A DNA stretch of 61,142 nt, filler included. It is 11 parts of 11 records of this genome, joined end to end, with 100 filler letters (N's around TTAATTAATTAA, not from the genome) between each part and the next. Parts side by side here need not be neighbours in the genome. Positions count along the whole stretch, not along the records: positions 11,235 to 14,469 come from SRR7504441_2818; positions 14,570 to 17,861 come from SRR7504441_2819; positions 17,962 to 21,426 come from SRR7504441_2821; positions 21,527 to 26,253 come from SRR7504441_2827; 7 more parts are not named here. The stretch is one strand, 5' to 3'. Made by a program: the position numbers and the translations under genes. The notes beneath the pieces are model-generated. The model saw nothing but the letters and a program-made list of their open reading frames with translations. It ran no database searches and was not told the DNA's origin. Of the stretch, positions 11,511-24,500 are shown piece after piece; the stretch's first letter is position 1; every line of letters begins with the position of its first letter.

Positions 11511-14469
11511 TCACCTTATTTTAGCTTCCAATGGGCCGCATGTGGCTTCTGATGCACCAAGATCCAAGACTTTAAACACCATGTCACGCTTTAAGTGCAC
11601 TTCCTGGGCCTCGCTAATATGCCTGCACCGGCCGAGTCAGGCTCACAAGGTGGACATGTAACAAGACTGATCTCTACCTTATCCACTCGGCAGCTTCCTC
11701 TGGAGTAGCAGCTTGTAGGCTTGTCGCAACATGAGCAGACAGGGCTTCTTGGGATTCGCTCATCAACTCGCCGTCCACAGTGGCAGAGCTGCCCCTGACA
11801 CTGAAATTGCAAGGCTCTCCTTGCACAGGTGTGGCCTCAATTCCACTAAGCACCGACATTATTTTGTCCACCCTATACTGCTTTTGAAGCGCCCTGACAT
11901 TCCGTTTGATTTATAACCAAGACAGCGCATTGCCTTTGATCTGATATGTTCAGCGGTTTTAAGAGCTGGGTCACTTCTGCAAAGGTGAAAAATGTATTTT
12001 TTTGCATCTTGGGACTCTTCTTGTAACACTTTTCCAAGTCTGATGAAAGCGCCTGACACAACACAAAACAGCAGGAATTGGATAGGTCGTCAAGGCGGCA
12101 CACCTCTGCGGTGCGAACCCTTGACTTGTGGTTTTTAAACCACGCTTTGATTACTCTCGGGAGCTCGTCCGATGGTATTGTTGCATCCGAAGGCGGCACC
12201 CACGCATTACTGTCTGGGCACTTCATTCTAATTTTCTTCATAAAAGCCTTGGCAAGTGCGGCCACCTGGCATTCCAGTGGAATCGAGAAACCACTGCAGA
12301 GGTCTTACCCCAGGATCTTGGCGATTTCGAGCTTTGCAGAAGATAAGACAGTCTGACAGCAGAATCAGACGTAGTTCCTCAGTGCAGTCTTGATCCCAGC
12401 TCTGGCAAGATTGAACGCGCCCTGCGCGAATGAAGGACCGCTGCTCCGACAAGAAGCTCACCTCTGTGAACATGAGCGAATCCTGCAGCCTGCTCAGCTT
12501 GCAGTAGTTAGCATTTTCTGTTTCAGCACAGGTTATCAACTCGCCAACCTGCGCCCGGGCCCTCTCAGCTGCCTGCCTGTGGAGCGGCCTGCACCAGTCC
12601 AGTGATCTGAGCTGTCTGCTGCACCATTGTGGTGCCTTTGGGCAAGCTCTCCAGAAGCTGAGTTAGAAGCTCGCGCAACTTGACAATGTAGTTAAGGGTT
12701 GCGTGCGAGACGAGCATTGGCAAAGATGATGGAACGCCCGCAGCCCTTGCAGCTTTGACTGCTTGGCCCAGGGTGGTTCTGAACTCAGGGAGTCTTGTGT
12801 CGTATGCTTTTACACACTGGTTAACCAAGTGGGCTCGGTTCATCAACCTGACTGGCGCAAGTCTAGCACCTTACAGTCAGCAACGCAGGGTGCAATGGAG
12901 CCGGACCGTGCACGCCACAGCTTCTGGACCTGAGTGACGAGGCATTCCTGCGGTGCGATGGGTCCCCCTTTCAGCGACTTGGTCATCTGCGTACCATTAC
13001 CCGTCAGATGCATGGCCCATTGCCATGATCACCGCATCGGAAAACCCCCGACTTATGGCAGCCATCTGCTTGACTGATGTATAGAACTCGTGAAATCTAT
13101 CGCTGGACCAGCCGTTGGGGTCAATCTCAGTAAAGGCTGTTTCGGCCACGAGCGGTTCGAGCTGAGCCAAGTAAATTGTACTCAACACCCGCATCTGCAG
13201 CGCAAATCCACCAGTATTGGCTAGAATCTGCTGCATGAAACCATCGGAGGTGACCAGTGCCTTCTTGTACTCGCCAAACTTTTTACTGCGAATCACGTTC
13301 TTCAGCCTGAGCCTGAGCAGCATATTGCTGGTTGCTTTCTTGATGACTTTATATGACGCTGCTTCTGGGCAGCTGCTTGACATCCAATGCACCTGAGATA
13401 GCATCAGTAACACCTTCTAGGGTGATACACCTGCTCTCTGAGTTGCTCCATGTCAAGATTCTGCTGGTATGACCGACCACACTCGGCCTCGAGCTGCTCG
13501 TGCAAGCTAGCCAGCCTTTGGTTTAACAATTCCAACCGCCTCTCCTCGTAAGCCCGGCCGTTTAGAAACTGCCACCCGGGTGATTCGGCGGTCTAAACCT
13601 GGGAAGCACTACCATTCTGCATATCTCGTGGACCAGCTCCCTCACATTCTTGGCAGTGAATATCCTGGAAGGATCCAGTCCCTCGACCAAGTTAGCCTGA
13701 GCCCTGACACTTCACGTCCAGCGACAAGGCAATGATTGTTACCAGTGAGGTCGGGTCAACAGGCATGCCCACACCATTGCCGGCTCCTGACCTGCTTGCA
13801 CTCAACAAGCCAGACGCATTTGCGCTATTGGATAGCGAGATATCAAAGCACTCCTTCAGGGTATGCTGGCGCAGATAGTTCAGCTGGTCCGCCTCCATTG
13901 TGTTTTGGTGGCTCTGATCACTGACTCCTTCTTGTCCAATTGGAGTCTTATCCAATTTCTTGCTTGTAGCCGTTGGCCTAGCAGCCTCAGGGCTGACTGA
14001 CTCGATCCCAGAGCTTCCATCGTCGCTCGTGTACAGCTCGAGCTCCTTCTCAGCCGTAGCAGCCCGAGTATTTGCATCATCCAGCTTGGTCTGCAGCTGC
14101 GCAATCCTCGCGTAAGCCGGCCCTAGTGCTGTGGCAATGGCGTTTTGGACCACGGCATCGCTGTCCGACGAGGTCTCACCCTGGAACCAGGACTCGTCGC
14201 GCCCAAACATTTTCTCGTCTCGCTCTCGCTCAGCCGCCTCAGCCCTTCGGTTAGCCTGGTCTCGCTCGACTAGCAGCTGCGCCATCCTGGGGTCTGGTGC
14301 CTGCTGTTTGGCCGTAGATGGATCGTCATCCTTCGCTCTCAGCATTGCAACAAGAGCTGCTATCCTCTTTTCGGCTTCAACCTTGCACGCACACACTTTG
14401 TCATTCGCATCCGCCTCAGCCTTGCGCACAGCCTCCTTTTTGGCAGTTTCAAGCTGTGCCATCTGTCTC
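11511..14469 (-). CDS. Large hypothetical protein with N-terminal coiled coil, 5'-partial, multi-exon
   Basis: Successive minus-strand ORFs are bridged by short GT-AG introns (for example CRM|FLNG and LREQ|VHWM); no recognisable domain. Confidence 0.55.
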
Positions 14470-14571
14470 NNNNNNNNNNNNNNNNNNNNNNNNNNNNNNN
14501 NNNNNNNNNNNNNTTAATTAATTAANNNNNNNNNNNNNNNNNNNNNNNNNNNNNNNNNNNNNNNNNNNNTC

Positions 14572-17500
14572 ATGGCCGCCGAGCTCGATCGGGTTGGCTG
14601 GCGGGTGGTGGACCGGGCGGAGGACCGGGAGCTCCCGGCGATCGTCGCGGTGCTCGAGCAGCTCCTGGCCGCCTGCCGCAACCGCCGGCGCGCCCCGACC
14701 GCCGGGCGGGTGGCCCTGGAGGCCAGTCTGCCACGGGGCCGCCGGCGGGATCTGACGCTCAGTCACGGCGGGGAGGAGTTCCGGGTCTGGGCGCCGCCGC
14801 AGATCCGCTCGGGCGGCTCCTTCTGGGCTACGATCGGCCCGGCCGCAGAGCACGGCTGGGGCCGGGGTGGGCGCCCCGGCTATGGCCGGCTGGTGACCGC
14901 GGGCAGGCGAATCGGCGGTGAAGGACCCGGCGATCCGGCGGGTGATCCAGGAGGTGCGGCAGAGCGGCCGCCGGTTCCGAGACCGCCAGTTCGGGCCGGA
15001 GGATATGCGGCATCCGGACGGGGTGCGACGGCTGCTGGATGAGCAGCCCGACGAGTGCAGCTGGGCCCGGCCTTCCGAACTGCTGCCGGAGCTGCGTGGG
15101 GCGGACGGCGGGCGGGTGCTCTGGGCTGGCGGCTGTCCGTCGTACAGCACGATCCGGCAAGGGATGGCTGAAGATAACTGGCTCGTCTCTGCTGTGGCGA
15201 CTGTCTCTGCAGTTCAGCCAGCGCTTTTGAGGGATAGAGTCGTGCTGGTGCCCTTCGGCCGGGGCGGCGTCACTGTGCGGCAGGCGAGCCCCGAGCACGG
15301 GCTCTATGTATTCCGGTTCTGGAAAGCGGCGCGGTGGGTGCAAGTGCTGATTGACGACAGGCTGCTGATCATGGGAGGGAAGCACCGCGGGTAAGCGCTG
15401 ACTGTGGGCGTGATGCTGACTCGAGCCAGGTACACGAGCACCAAGCTGGTCTACTCATCGACAGTCGACACCAGCGACGACACCGTGCCAGGCGCTGCGA
15501 TGTGGATCAGCCTAATGGAGAAAGCTTACGCCAAGCTGCATGGAGGCTACTCCCGCATTGCTATCGATCCGGTGCCCCTAGGCCGGCTGCCCGGCAGAGC
15601 CGGCCGCAGGGCTATGCGGACATGGATATCTTGGCCAGCTGTCCTATCGATGTGAGTCGCAGGCCCTGTTTTGGCGCGAGGGTTGGTAGGTCTCGCGCAG
15701 CAATGACAGCGCGGGCGAGTTGCTCGGGGAGCTGCCCAGTTGGAGCGCTGACCAGTTTGTCCAATTCTACAGCCGGCTGACAGACACGCACCGGGTGCTG
15801 CCTGTGTGCGGGCTGTCGATCGGGCAGCATGGCCGGAGAAAGCACAGAGGTGTCGGAGCAGTTGAGAACTGCTCACAATAGAGGGGCAGGGAAGACCGGG
15901 CTGCTCCCAAACCACGAGTATAGTCTAGTCCGGCCAATCGACCTTAGAGCGCAGGTGGCCGGTCTGGCTGGATGGTGTTTGAACGGTGCTGCAGGGCTTG
16001 CCGCTGCTCATGCTCTTTCGAAATCCTTGGGGGCACAGTAAGCCGGGCCAGCGAGCCGGGGGCTAAGCTCGGGACAGATCACGGATGGGACGGCGACTGG
16101 TCGGACGAGTCAGGCCGTTGGACGTGAGTGGCTGGTGGATGTGTCGGTGTGATGTAGGGGCAGGCCCGAGACCCAGACCATGGCACGATACAGCCCTGAG
16201 GACTATGCTGGCGAGTTTGTGATGAGTTTCGAGGACATGCAGCGCTATTTCAATCAATACTGTGTCAATTTGCTCTTCAGTGACAAGAACAAGAAGGTGA
16301 TCTATTCGGCATGGGAAGGTGCGATCATTGACCGTCATGCGGGCTGATCCGAGGGACAGGCCGCTCTGCTGCGGGTGCCAGGGAACATAGGCACTTCGCA
16401 CACAACCCTCAATTCGCGCTGGAAGTGCCTCAGTCGGACCACGGCAGCCTGGTCTGGCTTACTCTCACTCAAAGTATGCTCGTTCCACTGCAGTCGGGCC
16501 TGACTCGCCGCTGTGCTGCAGGGGACGCTCACTTGAGTCAGCGGGGCGAGCTCTTCGCGATACATCTCGAGCTGGTCGAGCCTGCGGTGCACCATGCAAA
16601 GACTCGGCATCTCACCAATCCGCTCTCCCAGAGAGAATACGACAAGGGCACGATAGTTGCGAGCACGGGCAGCTACAAACGGATGCGTGATGTCACGCTG
16701 GCTGGTCTAGATCTGAAGCCTGGCTTCTACTTTCTGATTGCAAGCACAAGCGAGCCACACGAGGAAGGGCCCTTTCATATTACAGTGAGGGCGTCTGACG
16801 GAGTCGGGACTGTGGGCTTTGCAAATGAGCGTATAGTCGACCTGGCCACTTCAGAGGGAATTGAAGTGGCCGAGTCGACTGCACGCTCGTTTGAAAGCTG
16901 GCAGCATTCCGAGTCTACTTACTCTACAGAACAGACAGTGCTCACTGAGAAGGCCGAGCATATTATCGAGATTCTCAAAGAGAGAGGCCAGGGGCGCCGA
17001 GCTAAAGATGTGCAGATCTTGATCGATTTCATCCGAAACGACCTTGAAGATCCTGAAAAAGTCGACGAAGGCTGGTATGCTATCGAGGCAGGAGAGAAGA
17101 TTTCTGTGTCGCTCCGCAAGCACGGGGATGAAGCGTCAGCCAGGGATGTGCAGGTGCTCGTGGAAGCAGTTCGGAACAAGCTCGAAGCTAACAACAAGAG
17201 AAGCGAGAAGCAGGCCAGCAGACAGCAAAGACGTCACCTCCACCTGCACAGCCACCAAGTCTCACGGGCCGAGAAGGTTGCTGTAAGGCTCAAGGATAGA
17301 GGCCAGGGGCGCCGAGCTAAAGACGTGAAGGTGTTAGTCGATTTTATCCGGAACGACCTCGAGGATCCTGACAAAGTCGATGAAGGCTGGTATGCTGTCG
17401 AGGCAGGGGAGAGGGTCTCTGTGGCGCTCCGTGACGATGGGGATGAAGCGTCAGCCAGGGATGTACAGGTGCTTGTGGAGACAATACGCAACGAGCTCAA

Positions 17501-17861
17501 AGAGCGAGATAGTCGCAAGCGTAAGGTGTCGCACACACGGACAGAGCATCACAGAGACGATTCTTTGGTCACTACAGAGGGAATTGAGGTGTTGAGGACA
17601 CCCAGGAGTCCAAGCAGAAAGAGGCATGGGACACCCACGGAGGAAGAGGACCCTGTGTATGCAGTGGATGAGTCAGGCCACCAGCAAGTATACCATAATG
17701 ACAAGCCTAGGCCCAGAAGCAAGAGCACCTATCGCGAAAAAACCAGGCATGTGGTCACTGCTGTAGAAGACGAACCTAGGCCAAGGAGCAGAAGCAGCCA
17801 CCGGAGGCGACGGACTGAGGAGCCGAGGAGTAGGAGCAGCCATCGCAGTGTTGAGACAGTG
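14572..17861 (+). CDS. Calpain-family protein (CysPc plus domain III) lacking the catalytic Cys; 3'-partial
   Basis: FRDRQF, WARPSEL, IRQGMAEDNWLVSA, GLYVFRFWK..WVQVLIDDRL, WISLMEKAYAKLHGGY, GLLPNHEYS, FRNPWG, GEFVMSFED, and domain III LKPGFYFLIASTSEPHEEGPFHITV. Confidence 0.85.
16950..17510 (+). repeat. Internal tandem duplication (period about 315 nt, unit about 80 aa) in the calpain tail
   Basis: RGQGRRAKDV..DFIRNDLEDP.KVDEGWYA.EAGE..S..LR..GDEASARDVQVLVE occurs twice, near 16981 and 17296. Confidence 0.9.
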
Positions 17862-18066
17862 NNNNNNNNNNNNNNNNNNNNNNNNNNNNNNNNNNNNNNN
17901 NNNNNTTAATTAATTAANNNNNNNNNNNNNNNNNNNNNNNNNNNNNNNNNNNNNNNNNNNNTGGTGTTGATAATGTCCTACACCATTGTAATATCACCTC
18001 GCCACTATACTTCTCTATACTCGTAAACCTACTATAACCCACTCAACTACAGTGTCCTGTACCACC

Positions 18067-21000
18067 CTACCTGTGGAATTTTGGGTTCTTCACCTTTTGG
18101 CGTTTTTCTCGACCTTGAGTAACTGTTGTTGGTTTCTTTGGGAACTTTCTTTTTGCCGCGAGCACGTCTCGCTGGTTGCCGTACATAAGAGCGGCGTCAA
18201 CATTGTACAGTTTTAACAACACACTGGCGTCAGTCTGTGGCACCAGCGGAGCCCAGTCGTAGGTCTTGGTTGTTACACCAGTTCCGGTGCCAGCAGTAGG
18301 CGCACGACCAAACACTTGGGTGTACTTTTCAGCATATGCACCTGCAGCTGCTTCTGGAGTGGGGAACTGACCCAATTGCACAGTGCCCGTTCCACGGATA
18401 AATATGCAAGCCTCGAACTGGCCGTCTGGCAGCTTGTATACTCCGCGGAAGCCTGTGGCAGAGGAAGGGCATGTAAGCAGACCCTGCCGCAGCTCCTTTC
18501 GCTCGCGAATGGCGCGGAGACCCGCGTTCACATCGACCACAGGCTCCGGTGCGGGATCCAATGCTGGAGATGTGGATTCCACCGGCTTGCTCTCTGGCTC
18601 AGCAGTGATTTCTACAGGCTTGCTCTCTGGCTCGTCAGTGTCCATTTTCTCGAGCTTTGGTGGACTCTCGTCTTTGGGTACATTCTCTGGTTGCTCTGCA
18701 TCCATCTTCTGTAGTTCGGGCGGGCTTTGCGTCGTCCGCACGCTTTCCTCCTTAGACACATCATGACTCGGACAACCGTCCTCTAGGGTTTGTTCATCGG
18801 TTTGATCATCGGTGTGCTGAGCACGAAGTTGGCGCAGCTCTTTCATGGCTGCCCTGTGGTCTGCAGCATCCAGAAGTTTGAACATGAGCGTGAGAGGCCG
18901 GCCAGCTGCCTTGATCATGGTGAGTACTTCCTTTTTGGACAGCTGGTCCACTGCAGCACCATTCAATTGCTTGACTATCATGCCAGGTTTGATCTCTGAA
19001 GGCAGCTTCGTATTTGTCACCTCCTTGACCACCACTCCAGGCAGCTCCCCTCGGCTTCCCAGCACCAGCCCTAATTTGCCATCTCCCGACCATGTGTGAG
19101 TCACATGCTTGGCGGCCTCTGCCGCCTCGCGCTTTGCTTTCTTTTCTCGCAGCTTGTCTGATTCCTTGTGTTCTGCTCGGAGCAGCTCGACTTCCTCCGG
19201 AACTGCCCACCACTTCTGGACGTATGTCTTGTCCACGTGCGCAACCGCCTCATGAAGCAGCTGCAGCAGCTCTGATGAGCTCACAGCGAGCTTCACCCTC
19301 ATGTTCCAATCAATCTTGTCCTCCTGAGTCCAGTTTTGCACTGCTTCGTAAGGAACAGCTGCCTCGATATCCTGCAGTTCGGCTTTCAGGCGCTTCAGCC
19401 CTTTCGACATCTCGGGCGGTTCCTCGTTGGCGTGCTTGCGGGCGCACTCCTCCCAGTGGAGCGCTAACTGCTCGCGCGAGATCTCGGCGATGTTGAATGT
19501 GGTGTGGCACGTCGGGCAGTGCCGCTCTGTCTGCAGATCAATCATCTCCTGGCAGAACTCGCACCGCTCTCCTCCAGCCACAGGCTGTGTCAGCTCCAAG
19601 TACTGAGTGGCTTTGGTCTGCACCAGCTCATGAGACAAAGAGATCGATTCCGGTTCGTCGGCCCATGAGGAAAGCAGCAGGTGCTTGTGCTCGAGCAGCG
19701 CCCCGCGGAGGTAGTGCTCGCGCTTCCCAGACGGCCTCAGCGAATTGATCAGTGCAGAGTAGTCCTCTTCGTTGTCGATCATTGTGACAGGATCGCTGCT
19801 ATTGTTGTTGAGCTTCTCTACTAAGATGAACGAAGGTCTGCCGAGGATCCAGTATTGATTGCCATTACGGTCCTGTCCTAGTGCGTGCCGGCGCCCCCTG
19901 CCACGGCGCTGCTCTAGCTCTGTGGCCTCCCGAGCCCATTGGGCATCTAGCTCCTCCCTTGCACGGAACTCATCCTGTTGCAACACGCGGTCAGACACAA
20001 CTAGTACAGCAAAAGACTATGCACACACCAGGGATTATATAGCTAAAGCTGACCTCTTTCTCAGATGCAGTCTTTTTCTTCTTCCGGAAACTTTTGTTTT
20101 TGTCTGTATCCTTGTCCACAGCAGGGTCTTCTTGATTAGGCTTTGTCTCTTTGGCAACCTCCTCAGGCTTGACCACTGGAGCTGCCTCTGGCTTGGTTTC
20201 CTGCTTGCCTTCTCCACACTTGTGCTGCGATCGCAATTCTTTGGTCATAAAGCACTCTCCGCACACCATGCACAGGTACTCGCCCTGGGCTGCGGGCTCC
20301 TTGACGGGCTCAGCAGCCTCTGCTGGAGCGGGTTCAACTCCAGAATCGATTTCCCTCAGCCTCGTTGCAAGTTGCTCCTTCTTCCGTCCATTGAAGGCAC
20401 TTCGTGCATGATTGGCCTGATCAAGATGCCTCCGTGTCTTGTCAGAGGACATGACCAAGTACACCATCTGCGTGAGCAGTTCTATTCGAGTGTTCAGATC
20501 AAGCTCGATATACTCCGCAGCTGCTAGCTGGTCTGCAAGGGTGGCACATATTCCAGCATCTCGTAGTTGCTTCATGTTGTCCAGCGCGACGTGCAGGAAG
20601 TACAGTCGGAGGGCCTCGGGCCAGGTGAAAGCGTTCACTTCGCAGTGGCTCAGGAATGGACACTCCTGCTTCGTTGCCTGAGTCAATTCAGCAAAGAGCG
20701 ACTTGATACAATGGATGTGGATGCCACTGATCAGCGCTTGATTCTCCGCTGGATGCACAAGCCCCTGCTCCAGCTGCTGCCACGAAACCATGCCCACGTC
20801 GAGTGCCTTGCCCAGGAAGAGAACCAGAAAGTCCCAGATGCCCAACATGCTGTTCCGGGATGCTTCAGGGAGCGCTTGGAAAGGAATGGCTGGGTGGCTG
20901 GGCAGGCAGACGCTGGCTTCGCCTTCATGCGCGTCTGTAAGGCTGTCTTCGTCGAACAGGAGGTTAGTGTATGGCAGTTTGGCCACCTCGCAGAATCGCT

Positions 21001-21426
21001 GCCAGACAGTGCTCAGTAAGTCAGTCAGCCAACTAGTTGATCTAGCTCACCCGGTGTCGCCAGCACTCATTGACTGTGTCAAAGCTCTTCTCGCAGACGT
21101 GGCACTTGTATTTGCTTTCCTCTGTTTCGTGCGGAGGCTGAAGATACATGAAGCGCCAGCCACACACACAACACAGCGTTTTGGGCCCAGCCGGTCCTGT
21201 CATCCTGCCGTAACCCTCCGAAGACAGGCTTTTTGCTTGCTTAGAGCTTGCAGTGCACCAGTCGCAGGCCCAGTTGCCGCCATCACAGAACCGCTTGTGC
21301 CCTGCTAGCCCGCCGATCGTGTCAAACTCGCACTTGCAGTCCTCGCACTCAAACTTGCCGTTCGCGTTCTTATCACAATACGAGGTGTGCCCTGCCCGGA
21401 ACCGCGACCCGCACGTGCTGCACAGT
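18067..21426 (-). CDS. DDT/WHIM/WSD chromatin protein with GATA-type and C2H2 zinc fingers, PDZ and AP2 domains; 5'-partial
   Basis: CDWC..GPAGPKTLCCVCG (GATA-like), CEDCKCEF..LAGH (C2H2-like), LGIWDFLVLF/TWPEALRLY (DDT), EYIELDLNTRIELL (WHIM1), LGQDRNGNQYW and LINSLRPSGKREHYL (WSD), KLGLVL..IKPGMIVKQLNG (PDZ), TGFRGVYK..LGQFPTPEAAAGAY (AP2). Confidence 0.8.
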
Positions 21427-21526
21427 NNNNNNNNNNNNNNNNNNNNNNNNNNNNNNNNNNNNNNNNNNNNTTAATTAATTAANNNNNNNNNNNNNNNNNN
21501 NNNNNNNNNNNNNNNNNNNNNNNNNN

Positions 21527-24500
21527 GCAGGAGTCTCGCAATGCACTGCGCGAGACAGTAATAGGCGAAGCAGCTTGTAGAGCAGTGGCGATGCCAGCAC
21601 GAAGCTTGTGTCGACTAGGCGAATGTGCCGGCTCCGCGCATTCAGCATGGGCTTCCGCACCAACTCGCAAGCATCCAACAGCATTGCAGCAGACAGGCAG
21701 TCGCTTGCGTCTACCACCTGAACCAGCCTACTGTGTAAGCAGCGAGAGAAGAGAGTGCGCGGACCTCACAGAGCTGACCAAGCACAATTGTGATGGTGCA
21801 CGACACTGGGTCGCTAGGCAGCGTCACTGACGGCATCTGACAAAAGGCCATCACGCCCGCCAGCGCATCGAGCATGTGCTCTGCCAACGAAAACCGGCAC
21901 AGAGCGCCGATGACCTGCCACCCTCCTATCAATTTGCGGGTTCTGCTAGATATGCAACCTCCGCCGTGAGTTCTAGTGCGCGTCGCCGACTATGGACCTC
22001 GTCCTCGTCCTCATCATACCCGAGCAGTGAACATCCGCCATCCGGGGAACTCTCCAGGCTAAACTTGTGCAGGGTGTCCAGACTAGCTGCCATGAGCTCG
22101 CTCCGCAGTTCAAAGCTTGGGTTATAGATTTGGAGCCATGCTGTCGGATCCAGCGCTTCAAGTGCTGCAAGCCAAACAGGCGGCCGAGGGCCACAGCTCA
22201 GACTGGAGACCAGTCTGAACGCATCGATGTAGTCCCGAGGACGTTCCTGGCTCGTGTGAAGGACTGTACGCAGCAGCACGGGCAAAGTTGAGCTCACAAA
22301 GGCCGAGAGCGCTGGACACCAGATGGATAGCGCCCTGCAACCACACTCACTCAAGCCCGCCCGCGTCTAGACTCACTCTTCGGGCCCAGCAGCAGCCATC
22401 TGCCTAAGAATCTCGAGTGTGGCGTTGTTAATCTCGCACCGGGGCGCAAGCTGGAAGGCATGCTGGAGCCGGGCCACTGACAGGAATTTTTCCGGAGCCT
22501 CTTCAGTCTCTCCATCTGGACCTGAGCAGCACAGCTCTCCTATCAACACTTTGGTACTGGTAAGGTTGTCTGCCAGTGCCCGGACGGAGTCAGCATCGGT
22601 CTCCGTCTCGAACGAGTCGTAGAGCCGGACGCAGGGCCCCTCGCAGCTGGGACTGCAGCCACTCACCACCTTCTGAATGGAGGCCCTGGCGACATATAGG
22701 TGCCGAAGCGGATCCAGCCTGGCTTCGCCCAGAGCCTGAAGCTCAGAGGCACGTGCAGAAAACTCGAGAGCGTGCTTCCTAATTGCAGATGCCTCATTCA
22801 CTAGCTGTTGCTCCTGCGATCCAGTAGCAAACTCCGACAAGCCTATCGAGAGCTTGGCAGTCAGTTGAGTGCCTGAATGGAGCTCAAGATCCAAGTTGAT
22901 GCACCAGCCTGTTCCAATAGGAGGCTTGCTCGGCGCAGACTCGGGCACTAGGGTTGGCTGATCGGCTGGCTGCAGGTCCTCCTCTTTGGCATCATGTACA
23001 ACAGGGGCCTCCGACTGTTTGGCCAAGGGCTGCCACAGCGAAGCGAGCCGCGGTGGTGAGGTGAGGGCTTCAGCAGGTATTTCCAGCTGACGACAGAGCG
23101 AAGACCAGTTCTCAGGAATAGCGCTGGCTCTGTTGCGATATTCCAGACGGGGCGAGCACGAAAGCACTGAGGCGACAAGGTCGGGATCGCACACTGCTGT
23201 GGCGCCGTGGCGGTCCTTGCAAGCAGCAAGCGCCACTAGCACGCGCCAGGCAGGGTCTGCGACAGGGTGCCGATCTGGCAGCTGTGCCAGGAACTGGACC
23301 ATGCCGTTGGTCAGATGGTCTGGCAGTGGGTCCTCGTCCCGGGCAGCATGCACAGCGCAGGCCAGCACCACACCAAACCCAAGCCAGTGTCTTGAGCTGG
23401 CACTGAGCACGTGGTCATCGAAGCAGAGCCCTCGCATGGGCTCCTCGCTCGCAGCAGTCAGTTGAGACGGTGCCAGATAGGAAAGCAGTCCCATAGATCG
23501 GCCCACCAAGGCGCCTGACCATGTATCGGCCGCCTGTGTCGCCTCTGGTAATCCCTCCGCCACCTCTATTGGTTGCTCTTCTGGCACACACTGGTTAGAT
23601 TCAGACCCGACTATCCGACACACCGACTCGGAGCTTCACAGGCAACGCTTGGTCCAGGAAATAGCTCACCACGTCGCCTGTGAGCTCTTGCCGGAACCCA
23701 AGCTCGGTGAGGCCATCCACAAACCTCAACAGCTGCTCGCTCTGCTGCCACAACGGCACCAAGCCAGTAGCCCGCAGCCAAAATCCTACCTGTAGCCCCA
23801 AACAGATTCAGTCGAACACAGCCCCAAGGGCACCCATCTGGCGGCCTGGTCTGGGCTGGCCTCGATAATTGTGTGAACAATCTCACTTATTTGGGTGCTC
23901 AGCTGGTCGAGCATGCTAGCCGGCTCAGGTTCAGCCCCGACAAGCATGCTCTTGACGGTGCTGAGCGCGTCGTACGCCAGCCAGTGCTGTGAGACCATCG
24001 CCTGGAGCACCTGGGAGGCCCACCCGAGCAGCTCTTGGTTGTCGACAGCCCCCTCGAGCCTGGACACTCGCACCAGCACGCTCACAACGCTCGACAGCTG
24101 CTGCTGCTGGACCAGAACTCGGACAAGCGGTATCCCGAGGCTGAGGAAGCTCTCCAGGTCCGACCCGAGCTCGGTGGCCAGCAGCGCACAGTAGGCAGCA
24201 AACTCATCGGCCGGCTCACGCTCCAGGCAAAGCTCCTGCATCAGCTGGCAAGCCTCGTCTGTGTGGAAGCTCAGTTGCGAGCCTGGGCTGGCTGGCTGTC
24301 GATTGACCGCCCAGGAGAGCTGGTTGGCCGCCCGCCAGCTCCACTCGATAAAGTCAGGGAGTTGGCCGCTCGCTTGGCATATCCGGAGCAGCCCCATCAA
24401 GTATACTGCTGCTGTGTGCTCATCCCAGCACCGCACCGCCTGGCACAGACTGCGGGCAGCCCCGTGCAGCTGGCACTCTGCCGGCCGGTCAGGCCAGCAC

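Noticed and set aside
11511-14469. Many short minus-strand ORFs suggesting stop-codon reassignment or a decayed transposon
   Set aside because: The breaks I traced are explained by short GT-AG introns, and conserved genes end normally at TAA/TAG/TGA, so there is no evidence for an altered code.
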